NCBI RefSeq assembly: GCF_006345805.1
Contig: NW_021835353.1
Span: forward strand, 1-40,307
Origin: Octopus sinensis
Lineage: Eukaryota
Direction of reading: 5' to 3'
DNA length: 40,307 bases
Position numbers and translations under genes: made by a program. Positions 1-11,629 of this stretch are shown here, one piece after another; within the stretch, counting starts at the first letter, position 1, and each line of letters opens with the position of its first letter. The notes under the pieces are model-generated. The model was not told where the DNA came from and searched no databases. It saw nothing but the letters and a program-made list of their open reading frames with translations.

Positions 1-95
1 AAAACTTTTTAGACCCCCCTCTCGTATTCTCCTTCATTATTCACGACTTCTTGCCAACGTTCCATTTGCTTGTCGTGCTGAGCCAGAATTGTACC

Positions 96-324
96 TATTC
101 TTTATTATCCACAAGGGGCTAGAGACAGAGGGGACAAACAAGGACAGACATGGGTATTAAATCGATTACATCGACCCCAGTCCGTAACTGGTACTTAATT
201 TATCGACCCCGAAAGGATGAAAGGCAAAGTCGACCTCGGCGGAATTTGAACTCAGAACGTAACGACAGACGAAATACGGCTACGCATTTCTCCCGGCGTG
301 CTAACGTTTCTGCCAGCTCGCCGC
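96..324 (-). mobile_element. tRNA-derived SINE, family A (head GCGGCGAGCTGGCAGAAACGTTAGC), full length with TSD
   Basis: Minus strand has a tRNA-like head, B-box-like GAGTTCAAATTCC and tail AATAAAGAATA. GAGCCAGAATTGTACC is repeated at 80-95 and 333-348. Many homologous copies occur in the window. Confidence 0.9.
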
Positions 325-630
325 ATTGTACCGAGCCAGAATTGTACCGCAGTGAATAAATTCGACAGTGTGATACTCGGCCGAAGAATCGAAATATTTA
401 GTATACAAATACAGGGTAAAAAATTATTTAAAAATATTGAATTTTTTACAGTGGTCAGCATACGTAATTAAAAGTCAGAAGATATAAATATTTCTATATA
501 ATATGCTAAGATTTTATACACGGAGAGATGTTTTGAGGATATTTAATTTTGAATCCATGATGTATAAAGATGAAACTAAGTACACGTGTGTTTTTTCGGT
601 ACGTATTGTAGTTTCATAATTATGTATTGT

Positions 631-738
631 TCAGCGATCTTACTGAGGATCTACGGATGGCCAATTAATCAATTGATTGACTAATTAATAATTTAATTGA
701 TCATTAATAGCGAAACTCGTTGGTATATGATTAACTGA
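631..738 (+). ncRNA. Type I hammerhead ribozyme motif, partly decayed
   Basis: Stem I GATCTTA(636-642)/TATGATT(726-732), CTGAGGA 643-649, stem II base (T)CTA/TAGC, GAAA 712-715, GTA 723-725, distal stem I TCAG/CTGA. T650 opposes C711 (mismatch). Confidence 0.6.
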
Positions 739-967
739 TTTTTTTCATTCATTTAAATATCTCAACCGCCCACAAGTAACGTGCCTTTAAAGAAGAATCT
801 TTCTTTTTGTGATATGGGTCTTGACTGCCCTTTCTAGCATAGTGGATTTCTCTCCATGTTTAAAATTTTATGCACTATAACATATGTATATATGTTTCTA
901 TATGCATGTAAATAAATACATATTTGTACTCACACACGCACACACATATATACATATGTACGTACAT

Positions 968-1010
968 ACATACTTACGTATATATATATATCATATATAT
1001 ATAATATATG

Positions 1011-1044
<34 letters not shown>

Positions 1045-1362
1045 ATATAACAATGATTAAGGTTAGCAACGAGTTGCCTAACCACATAGCGAAAAGTTTA
1101 GAAATAGCAGCCAAAAGACCGTTATTTCTTTTCGCTACAAAATACGACTCCACAGACAACCCTCTCTGTAACTCACGCAGGCAAAAAAAAAAAAAAAGAA
1201 GGAAAATAATGAAATCAAACAGTTTTCGGTTAATTACGGACGCGTTTCTGGATTAGAGTTGTAAAACTCATTTCCTTATCAACATAATATTCCGATAGTT
1301 ATAAATTAAATAATGGTAGAAAACTTACCCCTTGCCAATTATCTAATTATCCTTCATTCCCC

Positions 1363-1395
<33 letters not shown>

Positions 1396-1663
1396 TGTAT
1401 ATATATATAGATATATATATTATATATATATATATATATATAGATATAATATCTATATATATATTATATATATACTTTAAACACGCACACAGTGACACAC
1501 ACGAGGGTACCACACTTTTATATTATATATATATATATTATATATAATATATATAATATCTACATATATATATATATAATATTATATCTATATATATCTA
1601 TATATATATATATATTCGTATATATGTATGTTTACATATATATGTGTGATGCAGATATTGGAT

Positions 1664-1696
<33 letters not shown>

Positions 1697-1760
1697 TATC
1701 TTATATATATATATATATATAGATATATGTATATACACAATGCACAAACACACACACACA
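968..1760. repeat. (TA)n-rich microsatellite tracts (968-1049, 1363-1760) flanking a unique 300-bp insert
   Basis: Direct inspection. Confidence 0.95.
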
Positions 1761-2119
1761 CACAAATAGAGAGACAGAAATAAATCCACAAAAACCGCAG
1801 TAGCTGTGTTCGGCGAACGGCTTGCACATCTCCATGGTCCAATAGTTTTCTATAGTGAAGAAACAATAAAAGACCAGCAACAATGACCATAGGAGCCGGT
1901 GGCACCTCGTTGTTAAGACACGTGCCTCTACGTGTGACGTAAACCACTCGCTCGGTGATTATAACCCCTGACAGATCCATGTCGCCTTTCGTATAGAATG
2001 GTTCAGAAGATGCGGCCCTTGAAAATAAAACCAGTATTAATATAAAAGATCTTAACAGGAAGCCTTTTTTAATGTTGGCAGGTGGTTCGCGAGGGACAGT
2101 GATAGCATGAATCCAGCAA

Positions 2120-2403
2120 ACTATATATATATGTATATATATGTGTGTGTGTGTGTGTGTGGTGTGTGTGTGTATTGTTGGTTTGTTTTTGGTTGCTCTC
2201 CGTATTGTTTCTATTGGCCGCGCAGCTGGATGTATGTGTTATAAATAAAGCCTATGTATGTATGCATGTATGCATGTATGTATGTATGTATGTATGTATG
2301 TATGTGTGTGTGTGTATGTATGCATGTATGTATGTATGTATGTATATATGAATATATGTATGTATGAATGTATGTATATATGTATGTATGCATGTATGTA
2401 TGA

Positions 2404-2434
<31 letters not shown>

Positions 2435-2601
2435 CATGCATGTATTAAAGTATGTATGTATTCATCTGTCTGTCTGTCTCTCTATCTATCTCTTTCTTAC
2501 TTTTCTCTCTCTCTCTCTCTTTCTCTCTCTCTATATATATATCTTTCTTTCTCTCTCTCTCTCTCTCTCTGTATATATATATATATATATATATCTTTCT
2601 T

Positions 2602-2638
<37 letters not shown>

Positions 2639-2950
2639 ATCTGACTATTATCACCCTCATTATCTCGTCGTCGCCGTCTTCAAGCTTTCTCATTATCGTC
2701 TTCATCATCGTTGTCATCATCGTCTTCATCATCACCATCGTCATTGCCGCCATGATCGTCGTCGTCCTCTTGATCGAGATCATCTTAATCAAAAAACAAA
2801 ATTATCAATAACATCTTCATTGAGATCATTGTCGTCATTCATCAGAGCCGCTACTCTCCCTCCATCACAACCATTCACCACGACGACGACGACGACAACG
2901 AAGACCTCCGCCACCGCCGCCACCATCACCACCACTTTCACTTGCCACTG
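2120..2950. repeat. Compound microsatellite block: (TG)n, (TATG)n, (CT)n, degenerate TCA/TCG/CAC triplets
   Basis: Direct inspection; it accounts for all ORFs called in this span. Confidence 0.95.
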
Positions 2951-3112
2951 CTAGGAATTCGTGGGCCCTTACTCGGTGTCGCTTGACCAATTAGAAATAG
3001 CAGTCAAATCGGCCTTCAATCATAGTCTACAATATTGAACCAATGGAGAGCACATTGTATTATGAAAACCAAGTTAACTCTGTGAATTGGCAGTTTAGCC
3101 AGCGGTGGGCGG

Positions 3113-3236
3113 TTCCTTTCGGGATCGATAAATTAAGTACCAGTTACGCACTGGGGTCGATGTAATCGACTTAATACCTATGTCTGTCCTTGTTTGTCCC
3201 CTCTGTGTTTAGCCCCTTGTGGGTAGTAAAGAAATA
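3113..3236 (+). mobile_element. 5'-truncated SINE family A with 9-bp TSD
   Basis: 3' half matches the 96-324 copy. GGTGGGCGG occurs at 3104-3112 and 3237-3245. Confidence 0.85.
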
Positions 3237-3304
3237 GGTGGGCGGGTCACTGCATATGACCCTTTATTTATTTATTTATTTATTTATTCATTTATTTATT
3301 TATA

Positions 3305-3672
3305 CTTTACTTGCTTCAGACATTTGTCTGCGACTATGACTAGGCTTACAAAGAATTAGACCCAGGACTTATTCTTTGTGAACCTAGTATTTATCTTATC
3401 GTTCTCTTTTGCTCAACCGCTAAGTTACGGTGACGTAAACACGCCTACGTCGGTTGTCAAGCAATGTTTGGGGAATAAACACTGACACACAAACACACCC
3501 ACCCATCCACACATATCTATATATACGACGAGTTTCTTTCAGCTTCCGTCTACCAAATCCACTCACAAGGCTTTAGTAGAAGACACTTGCCCAAGCTGCC
3601 ACGCAGTGGGACTGAACCCGGAATCGTGTGGTTGGGAAGGAAGCTTCTTATCACACAGCCACTCCTGCGCCT
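3305..3672 (-). mobile_element. tRNA-derived SINE, family B (head GGCTGTGTGGTAAGAAGC...GGGTTCAGTCCC), with internal CA/TA microsatellite
   Basis: Head, body and tail match copies at 4781-5218, 29478-29640, 35678-35990 and 39025-39490. Confidence 0.85.
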
Positions 3673-3714
3673 ATATATATATATATATATATATATACAA
3701 ATGTTTGTGTGTGC

Positions 3715-3763
<49 letters not shown>

Positions 3764-3808
3764 AATGATTTGTGTGTGCGTGTGATAGATATATATATAT
3801 ATATATAG

Positions 3809-3839
<31 letters not shown>

Positions 3840-3920
3840 TAAATATATATATAATAATATATATAAAGTTTATAATATATATATATATATATAAATATTA
3901 TATATAATATATATATAAAT

Positions 3921-3981
<61 letters not shown>

Positions 3982-4050
3982 TATTAACAGAGATGGGAAA
4001 TATAGACGAAAACGGGCGAAACATAGCGGACAGAAAAGGGAGAAATCGAT

Positions 4051-4373
4051 GGGTCTTCTTTTCAAGCGCGACATAATACCAAATGTCTCGATCATTCGTC
4101 ATTGGCTCCGTGAGTCTAAACGCTTGAAGGTGCCACTAGCATCGGCCATGATTACGATTTCACCTGGCTTGACGGGTCTTCTCAATCGTAGCATAACGCC
4201 AAAGGTCTCGGTCACTAGTCATAGCCTCTGTGAGGGCCAAAGTTCGTTCGAAGATCATGCTTTACGACCTCGTCCAATGTCTTCATGGGTCGACCACTAC
4301 CGCAGGTTCCCTCCACAGTTAGAGATCGGCACACCTTCACACAGCTGTCCTCGTCCATGCGCATCACATGACC
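4051..4373 (-). mobile_element. RTE-clade LINE 3' end; two tandem C-terminal fragments
   Basis: Minus strand reads YGHVMRMDEDSCVKVCRSLTVEGTCGSGRPMKTLDEVVKHDLR..LTEAMTSDRDLWRYATIEKTRQAR*. It is followed (4129-4051) by a diverged LQAFRLTEPMTNDRDIWYYVALEKK. This is a typical RTE ORF C-terminus. Confidence 0.85.
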
Positions 4374-4375
4374 AT

Positions 4376-4412
<37 letters not shown>

Positions 4413-4415
4413 CGC

Positions 4416-4565
4416 AACAGGCTTTTTTCAGTTTCCGTCTACCATATCCATTCCCAAGGATTTGGTCGGACTCGGGCATTAGCATAAGACACTTGCCCAG
4501 GGTGTTACGCAGTGGGACTGAACACGGAACCATGTCGTTGAGAGGCAAACTGCTCACCACACAGC
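4416..4565 (-). mobile_element. SINE family B, 5' half
   Basis: Matches the head of the 3305-3672 copy. Confidence 0.8.
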
Positions 4566-4780
4566 GGTAGTAGTAATAGTAGTAGTGGTGGTGGTGGCGG
4601 AAGTGATGGTAGTAGCAGTAGTAGGAACAATAGCAGTGGTTACAGCAGTAGCAGTAGCAGCAGCAGCAGCAGCGGCGGCAACAGCTGTAATAATAGTAAT
4701 AGTAGTAATAGTAGGAGTAGCAGTAGTATAACTAGCAGTTGGTCAGTCTTTGTCCAAAGACGTCCCACTCATGGATATTC

Positions 4781-4986
4781 TTAATCTTTTACTCGTTTCA
4801 GTCATTGGAATGTGGCCAAGCTGGGGCACCGCCTTGGAGGGATCTAGTCGTCAAATCAAACCCTGTACTTTTTAGTTTTTCAAGTCTGGCACTTATTCTA
4901 TCGGGGTCTTTTGGTGAACTTCTAAGTTACGGGGACGTAAGGAAACCAATACCTGTTGTGAAGACAGAAAGACAGACAGACAAACA

Positions 4987-5024
<38 letters not shown>

Positions 5025-5218
5025 AACATACACACATACACACATGAAATGAAGGGCTTCCGCACAGTTTCCGTCAACTATATTCAGTTACAAGGCATTG
5101 GTAGGCATGGGACTATTCTAGAAGGCACTTGCCGTAGGTGCCGCCGCGCAATGGGACTGAACGCAAAACCACGTGGTTACACACCAAGCTTCTTATCCAC
5201 ATATCCATGCCTGCGCCT
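4781..5218 (-). mobile_element. SINE family B, full length, diverged, internal (CA)n
   Basis: Collinear with 3305-3672. Confidence 0.8.
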
Positions 5219-5681
5219 ACAGCACCACGCATGCGCCCGGACAACATTGTCCAAGTTTCACCACGCTTGTCCATCTTTATTTGTATGTCGGTAGGGTATG
5301 TATTTGGAGATTTGGCTTTTATTTCTAGCAATTCGATCGAGACCCCCTAATTAGGCCCGAGATGTTAGAGGCTGTGGGGGTGGTAGAAAGAAGCGATGTT
5401 TGGATGAAATGTCAGTTGTTGTCGAGGATGGAAGAGGACATCGGGGTGGATGGGATTGGGGTGGAGGGAAATAAAGACTCAATGGTTTGGGACGACCGAA
5501 CGAGTTGGCTTCGTTTTAGAGCTGTGATGTCAGTTCCGGTCTGAAGATCACAAAGCACGTGCCATCAACTTGAACGTTGCGCATGACCGCCTACTGAAGA
5601 CTGTTGGTTGTTATTAGCGATTGAGGTTGATCAGAACATGATAGGACAGTAGATCTCTCTCTCTCTCTCTCTGTCCCTCTT

Positions 5682-5749
<68 letters not shown>

Positions 5750-6202
5750 ATATATAAGTATATGTATGTATGTATGCACGTATGTATGCAAGTATGTATG
5801 TATGTATGTATGTATGTATGTATGTATGTATGTATGTTTGTATGTATGTATGTTTGTATGTATGGATGTTTGTATGTATGTATGTATGTATGTATGTGCA
5901 TGTGTGCGATTGTGTGATTATATGTGTCTGCATGAGTATATACATATATATATATATAGCGCATAAATGTACAAAGACATATATGTTCGTAGGTGCATTT
6001 AAGTGTTATACACTCACGCACACACATAATCATACAATCACACATGCACAAACATGCATACATACATACATACATACATATACATCTGTATATTATCTGT
6101 ACATATATGAGAGTCTGTATATAATGCATACATACATATGTATGCGTGTATGTATATATATATGTGCACGCGCGTGTGTATTAGTAACAATTTGACTCAG
6201 CT

Positions 6203-7238
6203 CTATATATGGCTAAAAGGTCTGTGAGCGCATTGGACAAGATGGTTGCCTCCCGCAATCCTACGAGATTTCATGTTTAATAGATGTAAGTCAATAGGAA
6301 ACCGGTAGGGGCGCCACGAACGGTACGGACCCCAGAAAATGTGGAACGCATCAGACAAGCTTTGATACGGAGTCCGAATCGCATTGCTTGGAGGCATTCC
6401 TCTGAACTTGGCATCGGTAATCGATCGGTAAGGCGTATTTTGCATGAAGACCTGTATTTCCACCCGTACATATTGGTCACTGGACAGCAGTTGAAAACAT
6501 GGGACGATGCACCTCGGATGCACGTCAGATGGAAGCAATTTTTTAGGCAAATGACAACTCATTTTGTTAACTAGTTATGCAGTTCGCTTCCATCTCAAAG
6601 GCATCTTGAATCAACAGAATTGTCGTTATTGGGCTCTTAAAAACCTGAGAGAACTGCAAGAAAGACCACTGCACTGCCCTTAAGTGACGGTCTGGTGTGT
6701 TGTTGGAAAAACTGCCGTCATTGGTCCTTGCAGTTACTGTGAGTGTTACATTGATAAACTTTTTACCTGAATTACGACAAAAACGTATTGCCTATTCGAC
6801 GTTTGCAGTTTCAGCAGGATGGGGCGACGGCCCACACAGCCAGGGCATCAATGGATGTTCTCCGCCCTTTCTTCGGTGACCACCTCATTTCCAGGTTTGC
6901 TGACAATCCTTGACTCCCACGGTCTCCTGATTGTCCATGTGTGATAATTTCTTGTGGGGAAACCTCGTACATTGGACGATTTGAAGGAAGCTACTCGCGT
7001 AGAAGTCATCCAGATCGACAGAGCAATGCTGGAGAGAGTGGAGGCCAACTTCCAAGAACGCCTTCAGAAATATGCATGAACGAAAACAGACACCACATGA
7101 TGGATGTTGTTTCCCACACCTGATTTTGACAAATGCTAATTCAATACAAACGCATTGATGTCAATAAAATTGGTATGCAGCTAAAATTAATGATTTTGTG
7201 AATTTTTCAAAAACGTCAGACCTCTCTGCCACACCCTG
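6203..7238 (+). mobile_element. Tc1/mariner DD41D (rosa-type) transposon relic, left end missing
   Basis: Frameshifted transposase: RTVRTPENVERIRQAL..RSVRRILHEDLYFHPY; FHLKGILNQQNCRYWA; VTVWC; FQQDGATAHTA...PRSPDLSMCDNFLWG. There are 41 residues between the last two Asp after restoring one base. The right end reads ACACCCTG followed by TA (7239-7240). Confidence 0.85.
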
Positions 7239-7262
7239 TATATAAATATGTTTGTGTGTGTG

Positions 7263-7404
<142 letters not shown>

Positions 7405-7544
7405 TATATATATATATATATATACATACATGCTTGCGTGTATATATATATATAATCTTTTATTCTTTTACACGCTTTAGTCCTCAGCCTGCAGTCGTGC
7501 AAGAGCACTGTCTGTGCAATTGCCTTTTCAATGGCCACATATAT

Positions 7545-7740
7545 GGACATGGTTTGTTGCTAAGAAGTACGCTTTACAATCACGTGGTTTCGGGTTCAGT
7601 CTCGTTGCCTGTTACGTTTGGTAAGTTGTCAAGGCTTTGGTGTGGGGATATGGTAGTTGACACTTGCCCAATGTGCGACGCAATGGGGCCGAACCTTGAT
7701 CCATGTGGTTGGAAAACAGTCTTACCACGTAGCTACACCT
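7545..7740. mobile_element. Two convergent SINE family B heads
   Basis: Plus-strand head at 7545-7625, then a minus-strand 5' half at 7630-7740. Confidence 0.65.
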
Positions 7741-7785
7741 GCATACCATTTTTCCTACATGCACACGCGCGTGTTTATTTGCTTA

Positions 7786-7840
<55 letters not shown>

Positions 7841-8108
7841 GCGTGCGTGTGTGTAATGTATATTATACTAGGAGGTTTCTCTTAATTATGCCAATGAAGT
7901 TTACAAACGTCTGATACCATCTGTTATTGTTATGAGTTGAAGTTGCTGTGTCTATTCGTGCATATCGACACACATACACACACAAACGCACAGATTTACA
8001 GACATACACATAAGCACATGATCACATATGCTACTTACGTGTCTGTGCATGTGGTGTGTGTATCTTTATATGTGTGTGTATGTATAAATGTATGTATATA
8101 TATATATA

Positions 8109-8345
8109 TATTTCGTTTTTGGATTTGGCTTGCAAGATTCTTTATATGAGTTTGTGTGTTGAAGCATATTCTGTTGTGTCTGGGGGGAGTCATTTTCTTT
8201 TTGTGCCTTTTAATGTAACATTTCTAATGTAAAATGTAAAATTTCTACTTTTTCTTATTTTTATTTTCCTAAAATTTTCGTTGCGTCTTGCAACCTTTTC
8301 AATAGTAAGGCACGAAAAGAAAATGACTCTCCCCAGACGCAACAG

Positions 8346-8347
<2 letters not shown>
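8109..8347. mobile_element. Fold-back (palindromic) repeat, internally deleted copy
   Basis: Homologous to 27720-28042. 8307-8345 is the reverse complement of part of the left arm. Confidence 0.85.
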
Positions 8348-8379
<32 letters not shown>

Positions 8380-9083
8380 CGAGGGGCAGCTGAAAGTAAC
8401 CGGAAACGTTCTTTGTGGGACAAGCCCGATGAGGTTCAGGCTTCTGCCACCAGAAGCCACTTGATGCAACTCTCAGGCATCTGTCTGACGACCGGCGTCG
8501 TCTGTTCCATTCGTACTGCCGCGTGGTGCGTCTTTGTTTTGCAGTGCTTCTCCCCCTGTGCATCGATTTTTGCGATGCCTGCAAAGAAGGAACAGCGTGC
8601 TTCCGTGAAATCCTACTCTCTGCTGAGGAAAACGGAGGCCAAAATAGTTTTCATGCTTGAAACAGCTTACAAGGACGCTGCAATGAGTAAAACACGTTTA
8701 CGAGAGGTTTCCACGTGTTAGAAATGGCCCCTTGTCGTTTGAAGACCAACCTGGTTCAGGGCGACTGTCGACCTTCCAAACGAATGAAAACGTCACGAAA
8801 ATTCGTGAACTGATCTTGGAAGACTCTCACCAAACAATTGATAAACTTGTTGATATGACTGTTGTATGTCCTGGAGCTCCTGCCAATGGATTTTGAGAAA
8901 GGAATTGCGAATGAAGAGAGTTGCAGTAAAATTTTTGCCTCACTTGTTCACGGAAGGCCAAAAGCAATCACGGCTGAATGCGTGTCGTGAACTCAAAGAA
9001 CAGCTGGAAGTTGATCCGGACCTTTTTTCGAAAGTCATCACTGGTGACGAAAACTGCTGCTACGGCCACAACCCGGGAACGAG
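8380..9083 (+). mobile_element. mariner-like (DD34D-type) transposon, 5' half
   Basis: Left end CGAGGGG. ATG at 8575 gives MPAKKEQRASVK..AYKDAAMSKTR; EDQPGSGR; KELRMKRVAVKFLPHLFT; FSKVITGDENCCYGHNP (first catalytic Asp). Frameshifted and truncated. Confidence 0.85.
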
Positions 9084-9174
9084 TCTAAGAAGGAAGTTCT
9101 AGTCGAATCTGGAGCTTAACTTGTTTTGGAGAATTTGTTGCAATTGCTTCCTCCAGAGTCATATCCCAATGATG

Positions 9175-9520
9175 ATCATATTCGTCGCTAAAAAAACAAA
9201 AACAAAACAAAACAAAAAAAAAACATCTAAAAAAAGAATCGCCGAAAACAATCGTAGTAATGAAAACATAGGAATCCAAAATTTCAGGATTGCAGGTTCG
9301 GATTCCGCCCGGAACGTTTTAAATTTACTAACAGAGTTAGCCTTTGGATTATAAAAATTGCTACCATACAAAAAAATTTGTCGCAAAAAGTTAGATAAAA
9401 TAAATTGCCGAAAACATTTACAGTAATGAAAACTTGTGAATCCAACATTTCAGGACTGTGGGTCCGGATTCGGCCCGGAATATTTTTAACTTACTCACAT
9501 AGTCAGCCTGATTCCAAAAT
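9175..9520. repeat. Diverged direct repeat, period about 166 bp
   Basis: GCCGAAAACA..GTAATGAAAAC..GAATCCAA.ATTTCAGGA..CGGATTC.GCCCGGAA starts at 9241 and at 9407. Confidence 0.85.
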
Positions 9521-10255
9521 GGTATGGTATGTTGAGCTACGACTTATAGGAGTTAAGTTGGAAAAGCGGCACACTGGCATTCACATCTACTATATTATAT
9601 TATTATGTTATATTAAGGCGGCGATCTGGCAAAATCGTTAGCACGTTTCCTTTCTTTCTTTCTTTCTTTCTTTTCTCTCTCTCTCTCTCTGTCTTCGCTA
9701 CCACCCTCATCGTCCCCATGCCTACTACTACTCTCACCCCATCATGAAGAATAGTAAGAGTGTCATTGAATAGTTAGAGAGAGTGTAACATATTGACACA
9801 CAGAAATTAGTTTTCGCATTCATTATACTAGATGTATGTATGTATGGATGGACGGACGGACGGATGGATTGAAGGTTGAATGGATGGATGGATGCATGGA
9901 TGGATGGTAACCTAATAAACTTCGTGAATTTTCGTTAAAGGAATCTAAAAGGAAACTTCTGTTTATCAAATTATATAAATACCTACGTACATACATAAAC
10001 ACACCTATACAGGCATACATACACACACACACTTACGTGTGTGTGTGCGTGTGTGTATATATTTATATATGTATGTATATAGGCATATCTATATCTACAT
10101 CCATCTATATGTACATATAAGTACATATATGTATATATGTATGTATGCGTGTCATCTATCTATCTATCTATCTAGTTAATAATTACAAAGATAGACATAA
10201 TTACACACAGACGCAGATATTGTTCTATTAATTTACTTGTCTAATAATAGTGATG

Positions 10256-10334
<79 letters not shown>

Positions 10335-10563
10335 TGATGATGATGATGACGATGACGATATATTTACGCATGCATGTTTGTATTTAGAGAGAAAGAGAGA
10401 GAGAGAGAGAGGGAGAGAGGGTGATTATTGAACAGGTGGTTTAATATATAAGTATACACACATACACAGTGAAGAGTAGATTGTTAGGCGAGGTTTAGAT
10501 ATTAGATGTACAGATAAATAAATAGAAAGATGGATGAATAGAAAGATAGATATATTCACAGGC

Positions 10564-10630
<67 letters not shown>

Positions 10631-10646
10631 GATCGATCTAGATAGA

Positions 10647-11321
10647 TATGTTTCTTTATTAGCCACACAGGGCTGCACACAGATAGAACAAATTACAAGG
10701 TAGAGCTTTTCTTTTGAAGGTATTAAAAAAAAAAAAAAAAAAAAAAAGGAAGGGGGAGGTTCGATCAAAAGGGATCGTAAAAGGAGAGAAAGAGGACAAA
10801 AATAAGGGGGGTTAAAAAAAAAAAAAAAAGGGGGGGGAGAGGAAAAAAAAATGATCAATAGGGATCGTTATCACAGAAATGTCAATATGAAGTGTAAAGG
10901 GGAGGACAGGTGAGGTTTACCCGTGGAAAGAAAAGCCTGCGGAAAAGACCACGGTAACCTCGGTCAATGAAGTCACATTTTATATTTCTTTTTTTTTTTT
11001 TTTTTTTTTGCAAATAAGCAACTCTCTGTTTTCGATTTCTGGGTTCATAGGACTATGCTCAAGGTGGCTTCGTCATTCATACGTGCCATTCTTGCTACAT
11101 TCACCCATCTTTTTTTAAAACATTCGCTAGACAAAACTTGCCTCTCTACTCTCACTTTCCTTTTCAAGTGGTACTTGAAGAAGTTGATGAGAGATTGACC
11201 AGAGAGGAAAGTGTTTGTCTCCAATCCTTTCAGACGCGTCCACCAGATACATTCTTTCGCCATAGCCACAAGGATGATGAAAATAGCTCTTCCTTCCCGT
11301 TTGAAGGAAGGAGGCGTGACA

Positions 11322-11324
<3 letters not shown>
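10647..11324 (-). mobile_element. Tx1-like (L1 group) LINE 3' fragment inserted in (GATA)n
   Basis: Near-identical reverse complement of 14350-14901. Encodes REGRAIFIILVAMAKECIWWTRLKGLE...TLSIVL*. The 3' end is AATAAAGAAACATA. The 3'UTR has a 90-bp duplication (10763/10853) with homopolymer expansions. Confidence 0.85.
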
Positions 11325-11380
<56 letters not shown>

Positions 11381-11592
11381 CCTGTGAATATATCTATATT
11401 TCTATTCATCCATTTTAGATAGACAGACAGATAGATAGATAGATATATAGATAGATAAACAGACTGCAGTAGATATACAGGCAGATAAGTAGGTAGATAT
11501 GCAGGTAAGTACATAGATAATGCGATAGGAACATAGAGATATTATCAAAGTTTACCGTGCAATTGTTGTAAAATCAGAGATAGATAGAGATA

Positions 11593-11629
<37 letters not shown>

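Noticed and set aside
5524-5539. 14/16 match to the ETS-CRE composite motif (minus strand CCGGAACTGACATCAC) and a G-quadruplex word at 5443-5468
   Set aside because: Both core words are mismatched, the match was spotted post hoc, and there is no supporting promoter context.
5530-5592. CTGAAGA followed by GAAC and a 4-bp stem
   Set aside because: GAAA is incomplete, the triplet would be ATG and stem II does not pair; too degenerate to call a hammerhead.
974-6195. Numerous YI/MYVC/HT/SL-rich ORFs here and throughout the window
   Set aside because: Artefacts of (TA)n, (TATG)n, (CA)n and (CT)n microsatellites.
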